Positions 37,500 through 46,479 of a stretch of 64,000 bases of DNA are shown in pieces (the stretch's first letter is position 1; each line of letters begins with the position of its first letter). The stretch is from the NCBI RefSeq assembly GCF_015767265.1, contig NZ_JADPIB010000007.1:8307-72306 (forward strand). The letters are read 5' to 3'. The notes beneath the pieces are model-generated. The model was not told the DNA's origin. It saw nothing but the letters and a program-made list of their open reading frames with translations, and did no database searches. Both the position numbers and the translations under genes were made by a program. The DNA is from Aureivirga marina (GTDB lineage Bacteria; Bacteroidota; Bacteroidia; Flavobacteriales; Flavobacteriaceae).

Positions 37500-37694
37500 T
37501 GATGATGTTTTAATTTGGTTGCTATTATTACAAAGTTTGCAAGATAAACGTTAGAATCAAAATATGAATTTACAATATCGAATCTTTTAGAAAATCTTTA
37601 ACAAAACGACTTTCTGATGTAAAATATTTTGTAATAATACTTAATAGTTAGTCTTAAAGTTTCAAAAATATCAAATAAAACGTATTTTTGCAAA

Positions 37695-38087
37695 ATGGAA
37701 ACAATGAGACAGAAGAAAATTGCAGGAGTTCTTCAAAAAGATTTAGTAGATATTTTACAATCAGCTGCAAAGGAAGGAATGAAAGGTGTGATTATTTCTG
37801 TTACAAGAGTAAAGGTAACAACAGATTTATCACAAGCAAAAGTATATTTGAGTGTTTTCCCATCGGAAAATAGAGATGAGTTGATTGAGGGAATTAAAAC
37901 AAATACGCATATAATTCGTCATGAATTAGCTTTGCGTACGAAAAATCAATTAAGAAGAATGCCTCATTTAGAATTTATCGGTGACGATTCTTTAGATTAT
38001 ATTGAAGATATCGACGATGCATTAAAAGGAAAAAAGGAAAATCCTATAAAAAATCCTGATATTTTACCAAGAAGACAAAAAAGATAG
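37695..38087 (+). CDS. rbfA: Ribosome-binding factor A
   Basis: 130 aa with the RbfA KH-like core (VTRVKVTTDLSQAKVYLSVF). Confidence 0.85.
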   Translation: METMRQKKIAGVLQKDLVDILQSAAKEGMKGVIISVTRVKVTTDLSQAKVYLSVFPSENRDELIEGIKTNTHIIRHELALRTKNQLRRMPHLEFIGDDSLDYIEDIDDALKGKKENPIKNPDILPRRQKR

Positions 38088-38088
38088 A

Positions 38089-39294
38089 TTGAATTTTTCT
38101 TTATACATAGCCAAAAGATATTTATTCTCTAAAAACAGCAATAATGCGATTAATATCATCACATTTATTGCTGTTTTTGCGGTTATGGTTGGAACTTTGG
38201 CACTTTTTGTTGTGCTTTCCGTTTTTTCTGGATTAAAAAATATGGGAGAAGAAAGTTTGAATTCTACAACTCCTTCCATTGAAATTTCTCCAAAAAAAGG
38301 AAAATCGTTTTTCTTTAATGATTCTATAAAATCAATTTTAGACACAGATTCTAATATTATTACTTATTCAAAAATCATTGAAGAAAAAGCTTTTTTAAAA
38401 AATAATGATAAAGAAGTCTTAGCTAACTTTAAAGCTGTTGACACAAATTTTTCGGAATTAACTTCTATTCGAAAAAATATATTTTCAGGAACTTGGTTTG
38501 ATAAACGTTATGAAAATAGCGCTGTAATAGGAATTGGAATTTCAAGTGAGCTTTCCATTTCTGCTTTTGAATATGGAAAAGTAATGCAAATTTTTGTTCC
38601 AAAAGCTGGAAAAGGTTCTGTGTCTAGTTATCAACAAGCAATCAGTGAAATTACTGCAAAAGTTACTGGAGTTTTTGCTGTTAATAATGAAGAATTAGAT
38701 TTTAATTATGTTTTTATTCCATTACATTCAGGTCAAAAATTATTGGGATATAAAACAAATCAAATTTCGGCAATTGAATTATTGGTGAAAAATCCTAATT
38801 TAATTAGTTCTGTAGCAGAAAATCTAGAAAATCAAATAGGAGAGAAGTTTGAAATTAGAACGAGAGATGAATTAAATGCGGATTATTATCGATTGATTAA
38901 TTCTGAAAGATTTATAACATATTTAATTTTCTGTTTAATTCTAATCATCGCTCTTTTCAATGTTGTTGGAGTAATTATTATGATGATTATTGATAAAAAA
39001 GATAATCAAAAAACCCTGTATAATATTGGAGCTTCACTAAAAGACATCAAAAAAATATTTATTTTACAAGGTTTCCTGTTATCTGTTTTAGGATTGGTTT
39101 TTGGTTTGTTTTTAGGAATTCTTTTTGTAATTCTACAACAGAAATTTGAATTTATCATGATTACGCAAAACCTTGCTTATCCTGTTGCACTTACTTTTAC
39201 AAATATTGCTGTCGTTTTTATAACGATTCTAGCTTTAGGCTATATTGCTTCACTTATTGCAAGTAGCAGAATTTCCAAACAACTTATTTCTTAA
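38089..39294 (+). CDS. FtsX-like ABC transporter permease (LolC/E-type)
   Basis: 401 aa with an N-terminal TM helix, a MacB-like periplasmic domain and 3 C-terminal TM helices. Confidence 0.8.
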   Translation: MNFSLYIAKRYLFSKNSNNAINIITFIAVFAVMVGTLALFVVLSVFSGLKNMGEESLNSTTPSIEISPKKGKSFFFNDSIKSILDTDSNIITYSKIIEEKAFLKNNDKEVLANFKAVDTNFSELTSIRKNIFSGTWFDKRYENSAVIGIGISSELSISAFEYGKVMQIFVPKAGKGSVSSYQQAISEITAKVTGVFAVNNEELDFNYVFIPLHSGQKLLGYKTNQISAIELLVKNPNLISSVAENLENQIGEKFEIRTRDELNADYYRLINSERFITYLIFCLILIIALFNVVGVIIMMIIDKKDNQKTLYNIGASLKDIKKIFILQGFLLSVLGLVFGLFLGILFVILQQKFEFIMITQNLAYPVALTFTNIAVVFITILALGYIASLIASSRISKQLIS

Positions 39295-39295
39295 T

Positions 39296-39835
39296 TTATT
39301 TTCTTCTACTACTATAACTTCTTGATCTTGAAGATGAAGAACTGCTTTTAAAACTACTACTTGAGAAACTTGAACTAGAACTAGAAGATGAAGAACTACT
39401 TTTAAAACTACTACTTGAATAATTTGAATTAGAACTTGTTTTTGGTTTTGTTGATGTATTAGAAGATGTTTTTGTTACAACATTTTTTGAAGCAGTACTT
39501 TTTGATGTAATTTTTGGTTGCTTAATTTTCTTTGATGGAATTGTAGTTGATTTCGTTACTTTTTTCTTAGAAATTTTTGTTCCATTAATTTTTTGTTTTG
39601 GCTTTTTTACAGGAACAATCGGCGTTTGTTTTTCTATAGATTTTTTTTCAATCTCATATTTTTCTTCGGAATAAGAAGTGGTTGAATAATTATTTCTTTT
39701 AGAAGTTTTTCGATATTTAGTTTCCTGTTTTTTATATACTCTTCTTTCTTCTTTTTTTCCGTTATTACAAGAAATAATTGTCAGAGCTAATGTGGCAGAA
39801 ATAAATAATGCAATTTTTGTCTTTTTGATTTTCAT
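39296..39835 (-). CDS. Ser/Lys/Thr-rich low-complexity lipoprotein
   Basis: Lipobox IISC. The C-terminal half is poly-Ser, and the DNA encoding it is a tandem duplication of about 60 bp. Confidence 0.5.
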   Translation of the reverse strand: MKIKKTKIALFISATLALTIISCNNGKKEERRVYKKQETKYRKTSKRNNYSTTSYSEEKYEIEKKSIEKQTPIVPVKKPKQKINGTKISKKKVTKSTTIPSKKIKQPKITSKSTASKNVVTKTSSNTSTKPKTSSNSNYSSSSFKSSSSSSSSSSSFSSSSFKSSSSSSRSRSYSSRRK

Positions 39836-39983
39836 TTAAATAAATTTTTCTTTGTTGATTTTTTCAATTCAAACTGAAATAAAATTGTAAAGAAAAGGAT
39901 AGCAATATTTTTAGCAATTTGAATTTTTCGAATACGAATGTAATCAAATTTTAAAAAAGAAAAATAAGTAAATGATTTTGAGT

Positions 39984-41336
39984 TTAAAATCCAAGAATCA
40001 ATTTTGCAATAACAAAGTAGATTAAAATTCCAAAAACATCGTTACTTGTCGTGATAAACGGACCTGTTGCTACAGCAGGATCAATTCCTCTTTTATGTAA
40101 AAACAAAGGAATAAAAGTTCCGATAATTGCAGCTAAAATAATCACTGTTGATAGAGCAAAACCAATTGTCAAAGCTATGGTTAAATCAATTTGAAAAAGT
40201 AAAAGACCAATAATTAAAAAGATAGTTGCAAGCGCAACACCATTTACTAAACCTAAAGTAAGTTCCTTTAAAAGTCGTTTTACAATTTCATTATTTAAAC
40301 TATTATTTGCAATTCCTTGTACCATAATCGCAGCCGATTGTACACCGACATTTCCAGCAGTTGCTTGAATTAATGGAATAAAAGTTACCAAAGCTAAATA
40401 TTGCTGTAATCCATCTTGAAAATGTGTGATAATTGTTGCTGCTCCTAATCCACCAAGCATTCCAATCAAAAGCCAAGGAAGACGTGCTTTTGTAAGTTTA
40501 AAAATAGTATCATCTGCTTCCACATCTTCAGAAATTCCGGCTGCCATTTGATAATCACGGTCTGCTTCTTCTTTAATTACATCCACAATATCATCAATGG
40601 TAATTTTTCCAACTAAATGACCAAGTTCATCCACAACAGGAACAACAATTAAGTCGTATTTCTGCATAATTTTCGCAACTTCTTCGTCTTTTTCATTTGT
40701 TTTTACAGAAATGATATTACTTCGATAAATTTCTTTTACAGGTGTTTTTGTAGAAGTAGTTAACATACTTTTTAAAGATAAAATTCCTTTTAAAACATTG
40801 TCTTTATCTACAACATAAACAGTATGTACAACATCGATTTCTTGCGCTTGTTCACGCATTTCTTTTACACAACGAAGCATTGACCAATCTTCATTCACTT
40901 TTACAAGCTCTTTTCCCATCAAACCTCCAGCTGTGTCTTCTGGATAACGTAAAAGGTCAACAATATCTTTGGCGTGTTCTGTGTCTTCAATTTGCGAAAT
41001 TACTTCTTCTTTTTTTTGATCTGTAAGTTCCGCAATAATATCCGCAGCATCATCTGTTTCTAAATCGTCAATTTCTTCTGCAATTTCCTTTGAAGAAAGA
41101 GCATTTAAAACTTTTTCTCTAGAATCATCATCTAATTCCGTAAGAACATCTGCTTTTTTTTCTTTATCAAGAATTTTGAAGATAAAAATAGCTTCTTCAA
41201 AATTTAATTCGTCCATGATGTCCGCAATATCCGCAGGGTGAATATCCTTGAGAGAATCTAATATTACTTTTTGTTGTTGATTTGCAATATTTTCTTTGAT
41301 TTCTCTGATTATTTCTTTCGTTAATTCAAACTGCAT
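39984..41336 (-). CDS. mgtE: Magnesium transporter MgtE
   Basis: 450 aa with an N-domain, tandem CBS domains and a 5-TM C-terminal pore. Confidence 0.9.
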   Translation of the reverse strand: MQFELTKEIIREIKENIANQQQKVILDSLKDIHPADIADIMDELNFEEAIFIFKILDKEKKADVLTELDDDSREKVLNALSSKEIAEEIDDLETDDAADIIAELTDQKKEEVISQIEDTEHAKDIVDLLRYPEDTAGGLMGKELVKVNEDWSMLRCVKEMREQAQEIDVVHTVYVVDKDNVLKGILSLKSMLTTSTKTPVKEIYRSNIISVKTNEKDEEVAKIMQKYDLIVVPVVDELGHLVGKITIDDIVDVIKEEADRDYQMAAGISEDVEADDTIFKLTKARLPWLLIGMLGGLGAATIITHFQDGLQQYLALVTFIPLIQATAGNVGVQSAAIMVQGIANNSLNNEIVKRLLKELTLGLVNGVALATIFLIIGLLLFQIDLTIALTIGFALSTVIILAAIIGTFIPLFLHKRGIDPAVATGPFITTSNDVFGILIYFVIAKLILGF

Positions 41337-41399
41337 GATATTCTTTTTTTTCTATCGACGAAATTTTAAAATTGTTAATAAATAAGCTATTTGGAAAAA

Positions 41400-42179
41400 T
41401 TATTTTGAAAGATCTTCTTCAATTTTTCTTGTTAATTCAATAAAATCTTGAACTGAAACTTGTTCTGGACGCTTTGCAAATATAGAATCTTCTCTTAAAC
41501 TATCACTTAAATTAAAGCTTTTTAAACTATTTCTTAACGTCTTTCTTCTTTGGTTAAATCCAGCTTTTACAACTCTAAAAAATAATTTTTCATCCACAGG
41601 AAGTGTATAATTTTCTTTTCTTTTTAGATGAATTACTCCAGATTTTACTTTTGGTGGAGGATTAAATACATTTTCATCTACAGTAAAAAGATATTTTGCA
41701 TCATAAAATGCTTGTGCTAAAACAGATAAAATTCCATATTTTTTGCTTCCTTCTTTTTCAGCAATTCGTTCTGCAACTTCTTTTTGAAACATTCCACTAA
41801 ATTCAGGAATTTGATCTCTATTTTCTAACACTTTAAAAACAATTTGTGTAGAAATATTATATGGAAAGTTTCCAATCACTGCAAAAGGTTTTTCACCAAA
41901 AAGTGATTTTACATCAACTCTTAAGAAATCTTTTTCATAAATTCTACTTGCCAAATTCATATAATGAACTTTCAGATATTCCACAGATTCTGTGTCAATT
42001 TCAATTACATGAGTTGTATATTTTTTATCTAAAAGATATTTTGTCAAAACTCCCATTCCAGGACCAATTTCTAATACATCTTCATAACCTTCTTCCGTAA
42101 GTGAATTTGCAATATCTCTTGCAATAGTTTCATCTTTTAAAAAGTGTTGTCCTAAATGTTTTTTTGCTTTTACACTCAT
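41400..42179 (-). CDS. rsmA: 16S rRNA (adenine1518/1519-N6)-dimethyltransferase
   Basis: HLGQHFL and [11 protein letters not shown] are the SAM-binding motifs of KsgA. Confidence 0.9.
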   Translation of the reverse strand: MSVKAKKHLGQHFLKDETIARDIANSLTEEGYEDVLEIGPGMGVLTKYLLDKKYTTHVIEIDTESVEYLKVHYMNLASRIYEKDFLRVDVKSLFGEKPFAVIGNFPYNISTQIVFKVLENRDQIPEFSGMFQKEVAERIAEKEGSKKYGILSVLAQAFYDAKYLFTVDENVFNPPPKVKSGVIHLKRKENYTLPVDEKLFFRVVKAGFNQRRKTLRNSLKSFNLSDSLREDSIFAKRPEQVSVQDFIELTRKIEEDLSK

Positions 42180-42383
42180 GATAATTGTTTTTAATTAAAA
42201 AAAGCAGTTAATTTTTGCCAGCTGCAAATTTAGATTTCTTTATTGAGAAGTTATTAATTTTTGGGAAGGATTCTGAGGATTTCTTTTATTTTAACAAATT
42301 TAGCAATTTTGAAAAGGATAGATATTTAAAAAAGAATTGTTTATAAAGAAAAAATCTTCTCAATTTGAGAAGATTTTTAGTTT

Positions 42384-42695
42384 TTAATGTTCAGAAACTA
42401 CTTTTAATTCCGTTCGAAAAGCAACAAACTTTCCTGCAAATAGTTTCATTCCTTCTTCTCGAAGCTTTTCAGCATCTTCTTGATAATATTTTTCTAATGT
42501 TTCTTTACTATCCGTTGTGTATTGAACAGAATATGTAATTCCACCCATTTCTTCTTCAACTAAAACCTGACACATTTTAGCTTTTGAGAATTTTCCAGTT
42601 CCCAACATATCAGGAATGTGTTTTTCCTTCATCCATTTTAACCATTCGTCATGACAACTTTCGTTGATGTTTATAGTTACATTGTAAATATACAT
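42384..42695 (-). CDS. DUF4286-like small protein
   Basis: 103 aa, MYIYNVTININESCHDEWLKWM, a Bacteroidota family of unknown function. Confidence 0.5.
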   Translation of the reverse strand: MYIYNVTININESCHDEWLKWMKEKHIPDMLGTGKFSKAKMCQVLVEEEMGGITYSVQYTTDSKETLEKYYQEDAEKLREEGMKLFAGKFVAFRTELKVVSEH

Positions 42696-42707
42696 TTCTA
42701 AATTATT

Positions 42708-44513
42708 TTAGTTAATTGCGTCTCCTCGTAAATTTCGATATCGTTTTCTCGCTTCTACCAAATAAATGCTAGAAGGGAAGTCAAAAATAATCTTTTGATA
42801 ATATTCTGAAGCTTTTTCAGGATTTTTTATTTTTTCTTCATAAAGTTTTCCTAAAGCAAAATAAGCATCATCAATTAAAATATCATTTTCTTTAATTTCT
42901 GTGATTTTCAAGTAATTTTCAGCAGCTTTTTCTAATTGATTTGTTTCTTCATAAAGTTTTGCTTGTTTTATCAAAGCTTCATCTTCAATCGCTCTTCCTT
43001 TAAATTTTTCTAATACAACATTTAAAGTATCAATTGCTGCTTGATTTTTATTTTGAAAACTTAAAAAATCTGCTTTTGCATATAATTCTAAACCTTTTTT
43101 CTCTTCTTCATCCACTGAATTATCTGAGATTAATAAATGAAGTTCCAAAGCATCGTTTGCAATCAATTGTGAGGTAGATTTCTTTAAAACATCTAATTGT
43201 GTTTTTGCCCAATCAAAATCTCCTTTAAAATAAGATGTTTTTGCAACTTTATATTTCGCCATTTGTGCTAAACGATGATTTTTTAAATCGGTTTGCACTT
43301 GTGAGTAATAAATTAATCCTTGATTAAATTTATTTGTAAAAACTAAAATATCCGCTAATTTTAATTTAATTTCTGCTTTTTCAAATTTATTTAAGTTTAA
43401 TTTTAAAAGCTCTTTTAAATCGGAAATTGCTTGTGAAGGATTATTATTTCTAAAAGCGATAAAATCCGCATGTAAAATTTGGAAATAAAGCGTGTAAATA
43501 TTTTTACCAAATTCTGTAAAAACAGCTTCAAAATTTTGCTCAATTTCATCATTTGGAGTTCCGTTATTCAATTGACTTTCTAAAATATAGTATTTAGATT
43601 CTAAAATTTCTTCTCCAATTGTAGAATTTTCCATCACATAAGAATATGCTTTAATTGCGCTATTATAATCTTTATTTAAAAAAGCATTTTCACCTAAATC
43701 TAAAATTCGCTGAAACGATTCTTGATTTCTTCGATATAATGCTTTTTCTTGAATTAATGCTTTATTATATTCTTTTTGCTGAATAAAAAGCCAACTCAAA
43801 ATTTGATTCCACGCATCTTTTGGGCCTTCTTGTAAACGTTGGAAAACTAAGTTTTTTAAGATTTTATTATTTTCATTTTCTGGATCTTCAGTAACATAAT
43901 TTCCGATATATCGTAAAACGATTTCAATGTAGTTTTCACGAATATCAATCATATCTAAATAGGTGGTGAACATTTCATCCATTTTTCCTAATTCCCCGTA
44001 AATGCTAGCAATCGTAGTTTTAGTTCCAATATTTCCAGAAGTTTTATCATCCATTTTTTCAAAAACTTGTAAAGCATAATCCAGCAAGAAATTTTCTTTA
44101 AAAGAGCGACCGACACTATTTCCTAATTTCGGATTTTTCTCAACAGCTTTTAAAGCTTTTTTATAATATTTATCTGCTTCTTTTTGATTGTATTGCAATT
44201 GAAAATTATATCCAAGATCGACATAAACATCTGCTTTATTTGGATATTTTTTTAAGTAATTTAATATAGTATTTTCTGCTTTGTCAAAATCTCCCATTTG
44301 TTGATAACAGCTTACCAATCTCTTAAAATAGAAACTGCTATAAGGTTTTTGAGTGTGTAGTTCAGAAAAAAGTTGTGCAGCTTTTTCATAAGAACCAGTT
44401 ACATAATATCTATTTGCAAGTTGTACACTTTGTGCAGAACTAACTTGAAAGATGAAAACAAAAATAAATACTAAGAAATATCGCATAAAGATTGAAAAAT
44501 TAGTAGTTATCAA
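42708..44513 (-). CDS. Tetratricopeptide-repeat protein, secreted
   Basis: 601 aa with a signal peptide and multiple TPR-like helical repeats. Confidence 0.7.
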   Translation of the reverse strand: MITTNFSIFMRYFLVFIFVFIFQVSSAQSVQLANRYYVTGSYEKAAQLFSELHTQKPYSSFYFKRLVSCYQQMGDFDKAENTILNYLKKYPNKADVYVDLGYNFQLQYNQKEADKYYKKALKAVEKNPKLGNSVGRSFKENFLLDYALQVFEKMDDKTSGNIGTKTTIASIYGELGKMDEMFTTYLDMIDIRENYIEIVLRYIGNYVTEDPENENNKILKNLVFQRLQEGPKDAWNQILSWLFIQQKEYNKALIQEKALYRRNQESFQRILDLGENAFLNKDYNSAIKAYSYVMENSTIGEEILESKYYILESQLNNGTPNDEIEQNFEAVFTEFGKNIYTLYFQILHADFIAFRNNNPSQAISDLKELLKLNLNKFEKAEIKLKLADILVFTNKFNQGLIYYSQVQTDLKNHRLAQMAKYKVAKTSYFKGDFDWAKTQLDVLKKSTSQLIANDALELHLLISDNSVDEEEKKGLELYAKADFLSFQNKNQAAIDTLNVVLEKFKGRAIEDEALIKQAKLYEETNQLEKAAENYLKITEIKENDILIDDAYFALGKLYEEKIKNPEKASEYYQKIIFDFPSSIYLVEARKRYRNLRGDAIN

Positions 44514-44552
44514 AAATAAGAAATACGGATAAATAAAAAGGAATTCTAAAGC

Positions 44553-44590
44553 ATAAAAAATCTGAAGCCTAATGAAAGACTTCAGATTTT
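44553..44590 (-). terminator. Rho-independent terminator after OmpA paralog 2
   Basis: Perfect 9-bp stem AATCTGAAG/CTTCAGATT flanked by A- and T-runs. Confidence 0.6.
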
Positions 44591-44617
44591 AGATTTCGAT
44601 TCAAAATATATAGAAAA

Positions 44618-46303
44618 TTATTCTTCAACTCTAAGGATGGTTCCTTCGATAATTGTATTATCGTTCAAGTTGTTCATTTCCTTCAGCTTCTCAACAGTTG
44701 TGCCATATTTTTTAGCTAGAGAATATAAAGTATCTCCGTCTTGTACAACTATTTCACCGTCACTTGGAATAGGTGTCGTTTTTACTTCTCCATTTTCATT
44801 AATGGTTTCGTCTTCAATTACATCATTTAAGTTATTTGTAACAACATCTGATTCTACTTTTGTAATTTCTACACGTCGATTTAATTGTCTTCCACCTTCT
44901 GTTTCATTAGAATATCTTGGTCGAGTTTCTCCATATCCATGTGTAATTAAGCGATTTTCATCAACACCTTTTTTCACAAGATATTTTTTTACAGATTTTG
45001 CTCTACGAATTGATAAGAATAAATTGTACTTGGCAGAAAGTTTATTGTCTGTATGTCCATCAATATTAAATTTCGTTGCAGGGAATTGCATCATTACATC
45101 TGCAATTTTATCTAAAACATTAAAAGAAGTTCCTTTAATTGTATGTCCATTTGGTTCAAAGAAAATATCTTTTGAAAGTGCATATAAAATCTGAGAAACA
45201 CTTTCTGTGTATTCTTTTTGAGGACAACCACCATTTTCTGGTAATCCAGCTACATCTGGACAGATATCTTTTTCATTGCTGATTCCATCTCCATCATCAT
45301 CTGCGATATCAGGACAACCATTATCATCTTTTTTACCAACTTTTAAAGGACATTCGTCTAAATAGTCAGGAACACCATCATTATCACTATCAATTGGCAA
45401 CCCATTACTGTATACTTTAACACCTTTTGGAGTATTATTATCTTTATCAAAACGATCGATAATTCCATCTCCATCGGTATCTTTTAAAGCTTCTTCGATG
45501 TCTTGTTCGATTTCGTCTTTGTTTTTCTTTTTATCTTTTTCTTGTTCCTCTTCTGATTTACCTGGAAGTTGATCATACCAAATAGCATATTTTTTCTTTT
45601 TTCCTAATTTGATATTCACACCAAGATGTGTTACTAAGAATATTTCTAAATTTTTTCTGTTACTGTAAGCAGCATCCAATTGATCTTCATTGTTTAAATT
45701 GATTGTTGGTCTAAATTCTAAATCAACTCTTCTACTTAATCTGTATTTAATTCCTAAACCAGCAGTGTAATAAAAAGAATTTTCTTTTGTAGATTTATTT
45801 TTAATGTTATTGTAGTCAATTAATAAATCGCCAGTTGATTGATCATAGAGTTTAGAATCGTATGTTTGAAAACCTAAACCAGCATAAATAGCTGCGTTCC
45901 ATTTTCTGTTTTTACTTGCGCTTGGATTTAAAGTATTTAAATTTAAAATAAGATTAAATTCACCACCCAAAGCTTTCCCTTCAAAGGTTGCTCCTCCTGT
46001 ATGATCTTCAGCGTATAAAAGATAAAAAGGAGAGAAGCTTCCTACGGCTCCAGACATATTTAAATAATGAGCTTTTAATTCAAATCCAAAAGCAGGATTT
46101 ATCATTTTGTCAACATAAGCATAGAAACCGTAATCAAATGAAGATTGGCCGCCTCCAAAAGAATTCAAATCACCATACATAATAAAATTACTTGCACCTG
46201 CTCCAACTGACCAGGTATTAAAATCTTTTTCTTGCGCATTAGTAGAAATGCCGAGTGCTAAAAAAATTATGAAGTAAAAAATAGATTTACTTTTTTTCAT
46301 CAT
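44618..46303 (-). CDS. OmpA-family outer-membrane protein with thrombospondin type-3 Ca-binding repeats and a C-terminal LysM domain (paralog 2)
   Basis: N-terminal beta-barrel, TSP3 repeats (DTDGDGIIDRFD, DSDNDGVPDYLDECP, DDDGDGISNEKD), an OmpA_C domain (FNIDGHTDN...LSIRRAKSV) and LysM (DGDTLYSLAKKYGTTVEKLKEMN). Confidence 0.85.
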   Translation of the reverse strand: MMKKSKSIFYFIIFLALGISTNAQEKDFNTWSVGAGASNFIMYGDLNSFGGGQSSFDYGFYAYVDKMINPAFGFELKAHYLNMSGAVGSFSPFYLLYAEDHTGGATFEGKALGGEFNLILNLNTLNPSASKNRKWNAAIYAGLGFQTYDSKLYDQSTGDLLIDYNNIKNKSTKENSFYYTAGLGIKYRLSRRVDLEFRPTINLNNEDQLDAAYSNRKNLEIFLVTHLGVNIKLGKKKKYAIWYDQLPGKSEEEQEKDKKKNKDEIEQDIEEALKDTDGDGIIDRFDKDNNTPKGVKVYSNGLPIDSDNDGVPDYLDECPLKVGKKDDNGCPDIADDDGDGISNEKDICPDVAGLPENGGCPQKEYTESVSQILYALSKDIFFEPNGHTIKGTSFNVLDKIADVMMQFPATKFNIDGHTDNKLSAKYNLFLSIRRAKSVKKYLVKKGVDENRLITHGYGETRPRYSNETEGGRQLNRRVEITKVESDVVTNNLNDVIEDETINENGEVKTTPIPSDGEIVVQDGDTLYSLAKKYGTTVEKLKEMNNLNDNTIIEGTILRVEE

Positions 46304-46418
46304 AACATTGATTGTTTAGAATTAATAATAGATTGAAATTGCAAAATTCTGTTATGGCAGAATAAGTTATTAAATAAGATAGAGGGGATGTAAGTTCTTA
46401 TTTTATAGTGTCAAGAAA

Positions 46419-46471
46419 AATATAATATCATACTTTGATTGGGGCAGTTTTTCAAAGTATGATATTATATT
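46419..46471 (-). terminator. Perfect 20-bp inverted repeat (hairpin terminator) between the OmpA paralogs
   Basis: AATATAATATCATACTTTGA, a 13-nt loop, then TCAAAGTATGATATTATATT. On the minus strand it is followed by TTTTCTTG. Confidence 0.6.
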
Positions 46472-46479
46472 GAAGTAAA

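Noticed and set aside
39296-39835. Possibility that the poly-Ser ORF is a non-coding repeat region
   Set aside because: It is kept as a CDS because it has a good lipoprotein signal with a lipobox and an uninterrupted frame. It was not rejected, only down-weighted.
44637-45194. 185-aa + strand ORF
   Set aside because: Antisense to the OmpA paralog 2 gene. It has no start context and no motif.
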